64,000 nt of DNA, taken from contig JADHVR010000001.1 in assembly GCA_016783885.1 (NCBI GenBank), forward strand, positions 54,284 to 118,283, written 5' to 3'. The position numbers and the translations under genes are program-made. Below the pieces are notes generated by a model. It saw only the letters and a program-made list of their open reading frames with translations. It was not told where the DNA came from and did not search any database. Of the stretch, positions 8,468 to 18,039 are shown piece after piece. Origin of the DNA: Bacteroidales bacterium (GTDB taxonomy: Bacteria > Bacteroidota > Bacteroidia > Bacteroidales > JAADJA01). The stretch's first letter is position 1. Every line of letters starts with the position of its first letter.

Positions 8468-8986
8468 TTATAAATTATATATTAGTTCCGTATCAAAATT
8501 CTCATCTGATAAATAATCGATAATTTCATCATCCGAAATGCTTGTGTCAGATTTAATGTTATAATCGTAATAATCCCGGATATCTTCTCCGTTTTCAGCA
8601 AGCAAAACTTCAATAATCAAAGATTCATCAATACTATAAATCAATTCGGGATTTTCCCGTAAAATGTCTTCAATGGTTATATCCGACAGAAATTGATCTT
8701 CCTGACCATCCGGTTTCACAAAAACAAACAATGCTATAACAATTGCCATTGTTGCGACTGCCAGCGATACTGAATATTTGGGTTGTTTCAGGAGTAGGAA
8801 AAATTGCTCCCACACGGAAACCGATTTTGGCTTAATTATTTTTTCCCGGATTATGTTTGGCAGCTTGTCAAAATAACCGTCAGGAACCCGGAAAGGATTC
8901 TCCTTCTTTATTTTTGACAAACCCGGCGCCAGTTCGTCCAGGTTATCAAATTCGTCAATGTTATATTTCATTTTTTCTTTTGACAT
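8468..8986 (-). CDS. Putative anti-sigma factor (single-pass membrane protein)
   Basis: 172 aa. One central TM (YSVSLAVATMAIVIALFVFV). Immediately downstream of an ECF sigma gene. Confidence 0.5.
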   Translation of the reverse strand: MSKEKMKYNIDEFDNLDELAPGLSKIKKENPFRVPDGYFDKLPNIIREKIIKPKSVSVWEQFFLLLKQPKYSVSLAVATMAIVIALFVFVKPDGQEDQFLSDITIEDILRENPELIYSIDESLIIEVLLAENGEDIRDYYDYNIKSDTSISDDEIIDYLSDENFDTELIYNL

Positions 8987-9017
8987 CGCTTATTAGATTG
9001 TATCTGTCCAAATTGGT

Positions 9018-9566
9018 TTAATTCTCTTTTACAAAACTTTCAATTTTTTTCGCAGCAATATGAAACGAAGCTTTTAATGCACCTACAGATGTTCCCAAAA
9101 CTTCTGACATATCATCATACTTCATCTCATTAAAATATTTCATGTTAAATACAAGCCGTTGTTTTTCAGGTAATGTTAATATGGCTTTTTGCAATTTCAT
9201 TTGTATTTCGTCACCGCTGAAATAATTATCATCTTCAATGCTTTGTGATAAATGATTTTCGTAATCAACAATGGGTATAAAAAACTTTCTTTTTTTACTT
9301 TTTAAAAATGTCAATGCTTCATTTGTTGCAATACGATAAATCCATGTATATAATTTTGAATCTGATCTGAAATTTTTCAGGTTCTTCCAAACCTTTATAA
9401 AAGTATCCTGCACCAGGTCGTCGGTATCATTATGTTCAATCACCATCCTCCTTATATGCCAGTAAACCTGTTTTTGGTATTTACGAACCAGTAAGTTAAA
9501 CCCGTAATTCCCGGATTCAGGGTTACGGCACATTTCAAGTATTTTATGATCCGGGGATTCTGCCAA
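9018..9566 (-). CDS. ECF-type RNA polymerase sigma-70 family factor
   Basis: 182 aa. Region 2 (DDLVQDTFIKVWKNLKNF) and region 4 HTH (MKYDDMSEVLGTSVGALKASFHIAAKKI). Confidence 0.85.
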   Translation of the reverse strand: MAESPDHKILEMCRNPESGNYGFNLLVRKYQKQVYWHIRRMVIEHNDTDDLVQDTFIKVWKNLKNFRSDSKLYTWIYRIATNEALTFLKSKKRKFFIPIVDYENHLSQSIEDDNYFSGDEIQMKLQKAILTLPEKQRLVFNMKYFNEMKYDDMSEVLGTSVGALKASFHIAAKKIESFVKEN

Positions 9567-9601
9567 ATTCCTTAAGTATTATTGATAAAAAAATTATACA
9601 A

Positions 9602-9627
9602 TTTGAGAGATTAGATGATTTTGTTAC
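9602..9627 (-). promoter_or_regulatory. Candidate ECF-type autoregulatory promoter GTAAC-N16-TCAAA
   Basis: Minus strand reads tGTAACaaaatcatctaatctcTCAAAttg. The -10-like box lies 36 nt upstream of the sigma start codon. Confidence 0.35.
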
Positions 9628-9650
9628 AAAATGGTTTAATCAAGAGTATT

Positions 9651-10442
9651 TTAAAATTTATCATTATCATGGTGATACAATTTTACAAAAGCGACTTTCA
9701 TTTTTGATTCGGGACCAAGATAATTATATCTGCAATAACCACTTTTTGTTGATGTTTTATTATCTAACAATACCCTTTTCAGGTTGGAGGAAGCTGCACG
9801 GTACATTATTTTTACGGCAATACCGTTTATACGCCATATAACCCGGTAGGGTGTAATTTCAAATGCATATTCATAAAATTTATTACCCGGATAAAATTTC
9901 AATCCGGAAATCTTGTTCCGTCTGGTGGAACGATTACTTTTGTGAGAGTATCCGTAATGCTGAGTAATGGTTATTGAATGTTTCCATGTGCCACAATATT
10001 CCAGGTCAAACTCCGGTAAAAGATAATCTATATTTCGATAGTCCTTTTGTTGGTTATCACTTAACAGCCAAAATGCCTGCCACGAACCGGGCTTATCGTC
10101 GAATTGGATTTTGCTGATTAACATTCCATAAACAAACGACCATTTGGAATATAACATTCCTGCCTTGTTATACTCATCCTGTTTTACAGCATTAATTTCC
10201 ACTCCCGGAGTTGAAAGCTGAATACATTCAGGATAAAATACATAATTAGAATTTGGCACCAAATTATTAAAGCTATACCAGGGAGCTATAAGGTCCCAAT
10301 TATCCAAATTATCAAAATGCTCTGACATACCTTCACTATAATTATTATAATCCGTGTGTCGTTTACTAATATCAACAAAACAAGTTATTATGAAAAATTT
10401 TATTTTGAACCAGGTGTTAATGATAAATTCCACTATTCTCAT
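9651..10442 (-). CDS. Glycoside hydrolase family 16-like (concanavalin-fold glucanase)
   Basis: 263 aa. WQAFWLLS and the catalytic-type ExDxE motif (LPEFDLEY). Confidence 0.6.
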   Translation of the reverse strand: MRIVEFIINTWFKIKFFIITCFVDISKRHTDYNNYSEGMSEHFDNLDNWDLIAPWYSFNNLVPNSNYVFYPECIQLSTPGVEINAVKQDEYNKAGMLYSKWSFVYGMLISKIQFDDKPGSWQAFWLLSDNQQKDYRNIDYLLPEFDLEYCGTWKHSITITQHYGYSHKSNRSTRRNKISGLKFYPGNKFYEYAFEITPYRVIWRINGIAVKIMYRAASSNLKRVLLDNKTSTKSGYCRYNYLGPESKMKVAFVKLYHHDNDKF

Positions 10443-10529
10443 CGCTATTAATTTTTTAATTTATATAAATGACGACTGACCCGATAATTATTTATAATTT
10501 TACCATAAAATTAAATAAAATTTGGAACA

Positions 10530-11048
10530 ATGAAAATTACTATATTAAAAAATCAGATTGTTGCTTTTATTCTCTTATTCGGTTTCCAGTTTGCAAATGC
10601 ACAGGATGAAGTCATGAATTACAAAGATTTGCAAAAATACCTACCGTCATCAATCAGTGGTTATGAAGCCGGGGAACCCGACGGACAAACAATGACAATG
10701 CAAGGCATGTCATTTTCGTCTGCTTCTATCGAATTTACAAATGAAGACGATTTTGTAAGAGTAACTCTCATTGATTACTTTGCGGCTGCAAGCATGTACC
10801 AGATGGCAACAGCTATGTGGGGTATGGGAATGTCAATTGAAGATGATGAAATGTTAGCAAAAGCTGTAAAGTGGGAAGACAATATTGTAGGCTGGGAGGA
10901 ATTCCGTAAAATTGACAAAGAAGCAACCCTGGCTCTCGGTATCGGGGATAGATTCTTCATGACTGTTGAGGCTAATAACCAGTCAGGCACTGACTTTGTT
11001 AAATCAGTGGCAAAGAAAATGGACCTTACCGGACTTGCGGATAAATAA
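10530..11048 (+). CDS. Hypothetical secreted protein
   Basis: 172 aa. Signal peptide ...FGFQFANAQ. Confidence 0.5.
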   Translation: MKITILKNQIVAFILLFGFQFANAQDEVMNYKDLQKYLPSSISGYEAGEPDGQTMTMQGMSFSSASIEFTNEDDFVRVTLIDYFAAASMYQMATAMWGMGMSIEDDEMLAKAVKWEDNIVGWEEFRKIDKEATLALGIGDRFFMTVEANNQSGTDFVKSVAKKMDLTGLADK

Positions 11049-11117
11049 ACCGGAGAAAACATTTTTTAATTGAATATTTCCCCTCTGCTTTTTTATTTTT
11101 TTATATTTTTGGCGTGT

Positions 11118-11786
11118 ATGAAAAAAACACTATTTGTTATAATATTTATTATTTTCTCTTCTTTGTTGTTCGGGCAAATTTCCGAAATCGACATTAAAAA
11201 ACAGGAAAGCAAGGACACAGTTATTTATTCTACATCCGATTTTGATACTGAGGAAATTGCCGATTACATAAAAGAAAAAAAATTAAAATTAAGGGTGGAA
11301 GTCGGAACCACTTTTGGCACATCATTCGGTTCAGGCAATTATTTCGGAACTTATATCGCTCCGCACTTAAGTTATAAAATCAGTCCGAGGTTTAGCCTTA
11401 ATACAGGTGCTATTCTATCCAATAATTATGGAGGATATTATTACAATCCTTTTTATGCTGATCAGATTGTTACACCGGTCTCAGGGTTTACACGATCATT
11501 TATTTACATCGAAGGCGCTTACAGGTTAAATGAAAAAGTTACGATTACAGGAGCCGTTTATAAAGAAATTAATCTTTTTAATAATTCGCTTCCTTCAGCA
11601 CAGGGATTCAATTACGATTGTAAAGGGATGATAATGGGGGTAGATTATAAACTGGGAGAAAATGTATTTATCAGAGGACAAATTGAGGTAACTAATGGTC
11701 AAAGTCCATACAGGAGCAGGTCGTATATTAATCCAATGCGTAATTATCACTCCCCTTCTTTTTTCTCACCTGACAATCCATTTTAA
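11118..11786 (+). CDS. Hypothetical outer-membrane beta-barrel-like protein
   Basis: The ATG at 11118 (MKKTLFVIIFIIFSSLLFGQ) is preferred over the TTG at 11070. Alternating aromatic/Gly-rich strands and a C-terminal Phe. Confidence 0.5.
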   Translation: MKKTLFVIIFIIFSSLLFGQISEIDIKKQESKDTVIYSTSDFDTEEIADYIKEKKLKLRVEVGTTFGTSFGSGNYFGTYIAPHLSYKISPRFSLNTGAILSNNYGGYYYNPFYADQIVTPVSGFTRSFIYIEGAYRLNEKVTITGAVYKEINLFNNSLPSAQGFNYDCKGMIMGVDYKLGENVFIRGQIEVTNGQSPYRSRSYINPMRNYHSPSFFSPDNPF

Positions 11787-11793
11787 AACAAGT

Positions 11794-13452
11794 TTACTTA
11801 CTTACGTCAATATTTTCTTCGGAAATAAGGACGGGTTTGTAGGGCGGGTCAGGATTGCCGCTGTTACTGTCAAGGTTGTATTGATATAACAAAACGACAT
11901 CAATATCTGAACCTGTCCATTCTGCCGGATTGATAATCAAGTAGGTTCTTACCTCATGGCTGCAATCGTCCGCATTGACCCATGAACCGGAGTTTGCGTA
12001 GATACTTGTATATTGTTTTCCGGGTGGATAGACTTCCAGCATGGGTTCATGGGTATGTCCGAACGCGACAACCTTGTAAGTCGTCGGTGCCGGCGGTTGT
12101 TCCATATACTCCGTTTTTGCTGCGACAAATAGGTCGCTGTGACCATTCCATATCGCCTGTAAGCAACATTCGATTGGAACCGGGACCGCATTCTTTACCT
12201 GTGTTGCCGGCCAAAAATCTTCAATGTTAGCAGCGTACATATCTCGCGCTCCGTTAAAGGAGAAAGGATCAGAATAGCCATCGATTCCACCCATTAAGAT
12301 ATTTGTCGAATCAGGTAAAGGCAAAGTCATATCAAAATGCAATATGGTATAAAAATAAGCGATTTCCCATGCAGCCAGAAATTCGAATGATCCCTCAGAT
12401 GCCAGTGCTTCTTTATTCAAAGTCTGTGTAGCCATCCCCTCCGCATACAATCTTGAAATAAAATACCCCGGAGGCAGTATATGATCAGGATTTACAAGTG
12501 ATTGAGGACAATTGAAAAAATCATAACGATGACCATGTTCCATAATAATACCGTTGACGGGTGAATACATTCCAAGACCGGCTACATCCCCTTCCCATAT
12601 AACCCCAGGGATAATTTCCTCCAGTATCTCTTGTGTCATCAGCATGTCATGGTTGCCGGGAACATACACCAGCTCGATTTCTTCATTTAATGCTATCTCT
12701 CTTAATTTGTCGAATATCTCGCTGTTAGTCGGTGAACCTGCAATTGCCAGAAAGTATTCTTTTGTATTATGAATACCTGCCTGGGGATCAATCGGCGATA
12801 CGGTGTAAGGTACCAACCACTCGTCAAACAGGTCTCCAAGAATTACCAATTCCCTCACCTGGTCACCATTCAGAATAAAATCAAGAAAACTCTCCAACGC
12901 CTTTGCATTTTTTCCGAACCAGCAATAGTTCCCTGATACTGCTCTTGGGTCTCCCATGTGGATGTCACTTATGCAAGCGATTGAATTCCGTTGCGTGCTA
13001 CCGCTTAAAGTCAATTTTGTTGTTGTTCTCAGTTCTATTGTCTCATTCTGCCTCAGACTTTCACCGGAAGTAGATTTCAAGCCTGTTGTTATGGTTAAAA
13101 AATACTTCCATCCGTCATACAATTGAAAATCAGAATGAAACGTGATCATTACTTTTTTCCCGGAAATTATTAGGTCGTAATGTAAGCTCAGGGAACCTGA
13201 CTTGTCAGAAAAGGTAATATTACCGGCAACTGTTCCCGTATCTATCGGCTGGCTGAATTCCATTTCGATAGATCGTTCATGATGTTTCAGTTGGTAATAG
13301 AGATCGTGTTTATGTGTCAATCTGGGGAAGGTTACACTTAAATACTGTGATTCTTCAGGTAATTCATCATTCTTTTTACATGATTGCTGGATAATGAACA
13401 AGCAGCTCAAGATCAAAGCTGTTATCAGAAAAAATACTCCTTTTTTTTTCAT
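11794..13452 (-). CDS. Calcineurin-like metallophosphoesterase lipoprotein with an N-terminal Ig-like domain
   Basis: 552 aa. Lipobox LILSC, and the motifs DIHMGD, GDLFDEW, GNHD and GHTHEP. Confidence 0.8.
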   Translation of the reverse strand: MKKKGVFFLITALILSCLFIIQQSCKKNDELPEESQYLSVTFPRLTHKHDLYYQLKHHERSIEMEFSQPIDTGTVAGNITFSDKSGSLSLHYDLIISGKKVMITFHSDFQLYDGWKYFLTITTGLKSTSGESLRQNETIELRTTTKLTLSGSTQRNSIACISDIHMGDPRAVSGNYCWFGKNAKALESFLDFILNGDQVRELVILGDLFDEWLVPYTVSPIDPQAGIHNTKEYFLAIAGSPTNSEIFDKLREIALNEEIELVYVPGNHDMLMTQEILEEIIPGVIWEGDVAGLGMYSPVNGIIMEHGHRYDFFNCPQSLVNPDHILPPGYFISRLYAEGMATQTLNKEALASEGSFEFLAAWEIAYFYTILHFDMTLPLPDSTNILMGGIDGYSDPFSFNGARDMYAANIEDFWPATQVKNAVPVPIECCLQAIWNGHSDLFVAAKTEYMEQPPAPTTYKVVAFGHTHEPMLEVYPPGKQYTSIYANSGSWVNADDCSHEVRTYLIINPAEWTGSDIDVVLLYQYNLDSNSGNPDPPYKPVLISEENIDVSK

Positions 13453-13748
13453 CTGTAAATAACTTTATATATTTATTAAGAAGCAAATATATTAAATTTA
13501 AATAAATCTAAAAAGTCTTTTGGAGAATTTTTAAAATATGATTACAAATCAGGATGCTAACAATATTTGATGATGCGATGAAGGTCAAAAATGGGACAAA
13601 TTAAGCCGATTTAACAAAAGCACAGTTTTTAATAAATATTTACTGATTTTTTCAAAGTACTCTTAAATCGGCTTATATTTGTCTGATTTATAATAAAACG
13701 GAGGCTTTTTAGACAAACTGCCGTTGGTCGTAATTTAAATCAGCTCAA

Positions 13749-15307
13749 ATGACAATTAATAAGTTTATTCAAGCAATTCAAAAAAATAATTATTTCCCGA
13801 AATATTCCAAATGGATTTTCACTTTTTTATTTCTAATAATTTCTATAATATATAATTATCAAGATATTCTATTTAAATCGCCTCAAAGTTTACACCAATG
13901 GAGACAATGCGATTGCTTATCAATCACTATGAATTACTTTCAGGATAATAACCCTTTTTTCGAACCATCAGTTTATTATTTAGGTAGTGATGGCACAGGT
14001 AAAACTGTTAGTGATTTTCCTCTAATATATTTTTCAGTAGCACAATTATGGAAAATTTTTGGACATCACGAATTTATTTATCGACTTATTGTGTTGCTGT
14101 TTTTTTTCTCAAGTCTTATTGCATTGTTTAAAATATTTGAAAATACATTAAAAGATTCAGTATTAGCAATAATATTTCCCTTGTTTTTATTTACTTCACC
14201 CACTCTTGTATATTATGCTAATAATTTTTTAATGGATATTCCGGCATTTTCATTAGCAATTATCGGACTATATTTCTTTTTCAGATTTTATCAGTCATCA
14301 AAGAACAAATACCTGTATTTATTTATATTCTTTAATGCTATTGCCGGTTTATTAAAAATTTCATCTTTAATGAGTTTTATAGCTGTTTTGGGATTATTCA
14401 TGCTCGAATTTTTCAATGTGAAATTGAACCCGGACAGGAAAATATTTCAACATCCGCTAAAGCAAATCTTCCCATTAATTAGTGTCTTGATTATACAATT
14501 AATATGGTATATGTATGCAAGTTATTATAACTCAAATAATAATGCAGGAATTTTTCTAATTGGATATTTGCCAATATGGGACTTAAATATATCTCAAATC
14601 AAGATAACTCTTGATGCAATAAATGAACATATAAAATGGGATTATTTTAGAAAAGAAACTCAATTCGTTTTTATATTTATGTTTATTATAGTTCTTGTGT
14701 TTTATAAAAGGATAAATAAAATAATGCTCTTTTTTACAATTTTTCTTTCAACAGGTTTTCTTTTATTTATTCTTCTGTTTTTCAAGCCCTTAAAGACCAT
14801 GATTACTATACAATAAACTTATTTATCTTAATACCAATCGTAATATTGAGCTTTTTATTACTGTTAAGAAATAAATTCAAAGTAGTTTACACTTCTGTAT
14901 TTTTTAGAATTATTGTAATCGTATTTCTTATACATAACGTTGACTTTGCAAGAAGAAGAATTGAAGGTCGATATAGTCACAAAGGATGGCAAAACAAAAA
15001 TTACATAGATAGTATTCAGCCATTTGAGGAAATTACCCCATATCTACGATCCATTGGGATTAAAAAAAGTGATAGAGTAATTAGTTTATCGGATAATAGT
15101 ATAAATATTAGTTTATATTTAATGAATCAAAAGGGATGGACAAACTATGGAATATCAGCAGATAGTATAATAATTAAAGAAAAGATCAATCTTGGAGCAA
15201 AATATCTTTTAATATATAATAAAGAAACATATGAAGAGCGAAGTATTCAACCATTTATTGAAAATAAAATAGGTGAATTTAAGAATATTGATATCTATGC
15301 ATTATAA
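13749..15307 (+). pseudogene. Polytopic GT-C-like (PMT_2/ArnT-like) membrane protein split by a frameshift near 14790
   Basis: ORF 13749-14816 is very hydrophobic. The frame of ORF 14846-15307 is open back to 14720. Across the junction it reads ...LKDHDYYTINLFILIPIVILSFLLLLRNKF, continuing the membrane protein. One extra A in the AAA run at 14792-14794 would fuse the two frames. Confidence 0.55.
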
Positions 15308-15358
15308 AACTACGACAAATATAAAGCAAGGGATTATTCTGCGAAGCAGCATTAATTC

Positions 15359-15442
15359 CTTGCTCATCTTGATTTGTGCAGCAGGTAAGTGGGAAGGATA
15401 ATACCGATGAAAATAATTATTGGATTTATAATCTGTGCAACA
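15359..15442 (+). repeat. Copy A of an ~85-nt direct repeat bracketing the fused accA-accD gene
   Basis: cttgctcatcttgatttgtgcagcaggtaagtgggaaggataataccgatgaaaataattattggattt...tgtgcaaca. Roughly 75-80 percent identical by eye to 17803-17890. Confidence 0.7.
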
Positions 15443-15553
15443 GGCACATTATACAAACTGTTATATCCCTAACCGTACAGCTAAACCATTATAATTTCCG
15501 AAAAACGGCATAAACGACAATTTTTTCTCCTTTCCCGGTTTTACTTTGTGAAT

Positions 15554-15691
15554 TTACGGAATTAATATTCCTGAGGTTTCTCCTACTATCAGTCCGGCTA
15601 TAATGTTGGCAGGAAAATGCTTACCTGCTTTGTATCGGTATAATCCCAGAATTGCAGAATCGAAGGCTTTTGAGACAGTCTCGATTTTTAG
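15554..15691 (-). pseudogene. C-terminal remnant of a PAP2-family phosphatase
   Basis: 45-codon open frame with no start: LKIETVSKAFDSAILGLYRYKAGKHFPANIIAGLIVGETSGILIP*. R-x5-H-x3-N matches PAP2 motif 3 (SRxxxxxHxxxD) with D changed to N. It abuts the acc gene stop. Confidence 0.45.
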
Positions 15692-15699
15692 CTAAAGAT

Positions 15700-17568
15700 T
15701 TAATTCTTCCTGAAATCCCTGATCCTGCCTGTTCTTTTTCTTATGTCGGGGAATTTTATAACATAGAAAATATCCACATAATAAGACAAAATATTTTTTA
15801 AATCTTTCCTGTTAACTAAATGTTGTATTTTTTTAGTTTCATAAAGTTTATCAGTGCAAACAATATCTCTGTCAACATCAAAACCTGCCCCGGTAACTAC
15901 TCTAGGCCCGGCAAATTCAACTAAGGCACCTTTCTCTCCAATTATAACATCTCCCTGAGTAACATAGCTGGCATAAGCTCCACCTGTAGTAGGTCCTGTA
16001 ATAACAGATAAATATAATATTCCTTTTCTTTTCAAATCTAATAAAGACATATTCATTTTTGCCATCTGAGCCAAAGCCATAGGCCCTTCATTCATTCTTG
16101 CCCCGCCTGAAGAACACACTGATATTAAAGGATAATTATTCTTTACAGCAAAATCAACAGCTCTTTTAAACTTTTCGCCAAATACTGCACCAAAAGACCC
16201 GCCAATAAATTTTATATCAGATATTACCAGAACAATATTCTTTCCATTCATCTTAGCAGTACCTGTTACCAAACTTTCTTTAGAAAAGGTTTTTCCATCC
16301 ATTCTTTCTAATAATTTTTTATAACTGCCATAATTATATCTTCTGCTTCCAATTAATTGTTTAATAGTTAAATCCGATTCTGTTTCATGAAATGAATCAC
16401 TATCACAAATCTTTGTTATTTGCTCTTCAATACAAAGATATTCGCCTTTCCCACACTTAGGACATGCATAAAAATTATCTATATATTCCTTTAAAGAAAC
16501 AAAACCACAACCACCGGCAACTTTAAATATGTTTTTTTCTTTATCCCATTCTTTTTCACATTCAAATATTTCTGTTTCATCAATACCCTCTTTTTCCAAA
16601 TGTGCTTTTATTAATATCTGAGTATAAAAATCTTCCCTCTCAATATCAATAGTTTTAATATTATTATGATTATGCACATTTCTTTTTATTACTCTTTTTG
16701 CAAGGGCTCCTAAAGTGTCATAAAATTTTCCATAATTCAATACCTTTTCTCTTCTCTCTTTCAATAATTTTTTAAGAGTTCTCTTGCTCATAACTTTTTT
16801 CCCTTTTTGATAAGGGCGCACCCATTCATTTAAGGCCTTAGTTAGAGATTTTTTTATTGTATTTATTGTAAATTTATAATTATTATGTGCTCCTTCTTTT
16901 GGTTCGGGAAGAATATCATCGATCATACCGATTTTTTTTATATGTTCCGCACCCGGACGCAATACCTCTAAAGCATCTTTCACTGTATCTTCTATGTCTT
17001 CGCCAGCAGTTAGTCTATTATGAAATATGATTCTGCTGCAACTTTCAGGGGCAATTACTGAATAGAGCGCATTTTCTAACATGTAGCTTTTATCACTTAC
17101 CTGAAAACCTAAAGCGCCACCACTTCCGCCCTCACCAATAATATAGGATACTGTGGGAGTTTTTACTTCACAAAATCTGCTAATACAATCGGAAATTAAA
17201 AATGATTGCCCGCCAAGCTCCGACTCCATTGAAGTGTCTCCACCAAAAGTATCAATAAATGAAATTACAGGTATTGTATTTTTTTCTGCTTCATCTAATA
17301 TATCAAGAGCAAATCCATAGCCTTTTGAGGTCAACATTCCGGTTGCTTCGCTATTTTTTCCCTTTCTTCTTTTCTCCTGTCCGAGTATTATGCAATCTAT
17401 TTTATTAATAGTTCCTTTCGCTGCAATAAGAGAAGGATCGGGTGATTTATAATAAGATATACTTTCAAAGACACTTTTAATAACATCGGAGCTTCTTATT
17501 CTTTTGGGATGCCTGATTAAATCATACCGATCTTTCAAGTTTCTTTTTGGTGTATGTTTTTTTTTCAT
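15700..17568 (-). CDS. Fused acetyl-CoA carboxylase carboxyltransferase, alpha (AccA-like) then beta (AccD-like) in one polypeptide
   Basis: 622 aa. N-terminal half: IPVISFIDTFGGDTSMESELGGQS...YIIGEGGSGGALGFQV...YSVIAPESC (AccA). C-terminal half: ACPKCGKGEY..., FIGGSFGAVFGEKF..., CSSGGARMNEGPMALAQMAK..., TGGAYASY..., FAGPRVV (AccD). Confidence 0.85.
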   Translation of the reverse strand: MKKKHTPKRNLKDRYDLIRHPKRIRSSDVIKSVFESISYYKSPDPSLIAAKGTINKIDCIILGQEKRRKGKNSEATGMLTSKGYGFALDILDEAEKNTIPVISFIDTFGGDTSMESELGGQSFLISDCISRFCEVKTPTVSYIIGEGGSGGALGFQVSDKSYMLENALYSVIAPESCSRIIFHNRLTAGEDIEDTVKDALEVLRPGAEHIKKIGMIDDILPEPKEGAHNNYKFTINTIKKSLTKALNEWVRPYQKGKKVMSKRTLKKLLKERREKVLNYGKFYDTLGALAKRVIKRNVHNHNNIKTIDIEREDFYTQILIKAHLEKEGIDETEIFECEKEWDKEKNIFKVAGGCGFVSLKEYIDNFYACPKCGKGEYLCIEEQITKICDSDSFHETESDLTIKQLIGSRRYNYGSYKKLLERMDGKTFSKESLVTGTAKMNGKNIVLVISDIKFIGGSFGAVFGEKFKRAVDFAVKNNYPLISVCSSGGARMNEGPMALAQMAKMNMSLLDLKRKGILYLSVITGPTTGGAYASYVTQGDVIIGEKGALVEFAGPRVVTGAGFDVDRDIVCTDKLYETKKIQHLVNRKDLKNILSYYVDIFYVIKFPDIRKRTGRIRDFRKN

Positions 17569-17802
17569 TTTGATTTGTATATTATTATTTATAAAATAAT
17601 ATCAATTTGAAAAATTGAAACAAAAATAAACTTATATTTTCTTTTAATTATTCCGAAAAGTGTTTTAAAGACAGAATATAAACCTGAAAAAGGGTGCAAG
17701 GTAAAAAAAATTTGAATAATAAAAATTATTCTTTAAAATCTCAGCTTTCATATAATACTGAAATTTTACTTTCCTCCCTCGCCTGCAGGTTTAAGTTTAA
17801 AA

Positions 17803-17890
17803 CTTGCTCATCGGGATTTGTACGGCAGGTAAGGGAGAAGGGTAACCCAGATGAAAATAACTATAGGATTTGAAAAACTCCTCTGCAACA
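17803..17890 (+). repeat. Copy B of the ~85-nt direct repeat
   Basis: cttgctcatcgggatttgtacggcaggtaagggagaagggtaacccagatgaaaataactataggattt...tctgcaaca. Lies 2444 bp from copy A. Confidence 0.7.
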
Positions 17891-18039
17891 TTAATTTCAG
17901 GCTTTTCAAATATTCTAACTTTTTTACCTATTTTTGAATTTCGCATCCCGAAGCTTCGGGACTATTGCGTTGTGAGTAATTATAATAAGTGACAATTCAT
18001 ATAATAGATAGTATTAAAAATGACAAAAAAATTAAAGCT

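Noticed and set aside
15446-15553. Short minus-strand frames (e.g. ...LSFMPFFGNYNGLAVRLGI*) between repeat copy A and the PAP2 remnant as possible genes
   Set aside because: They have no start codons, are very short and have no recognisable motifs. They are treated as further debris of the rearranged region rather than features.
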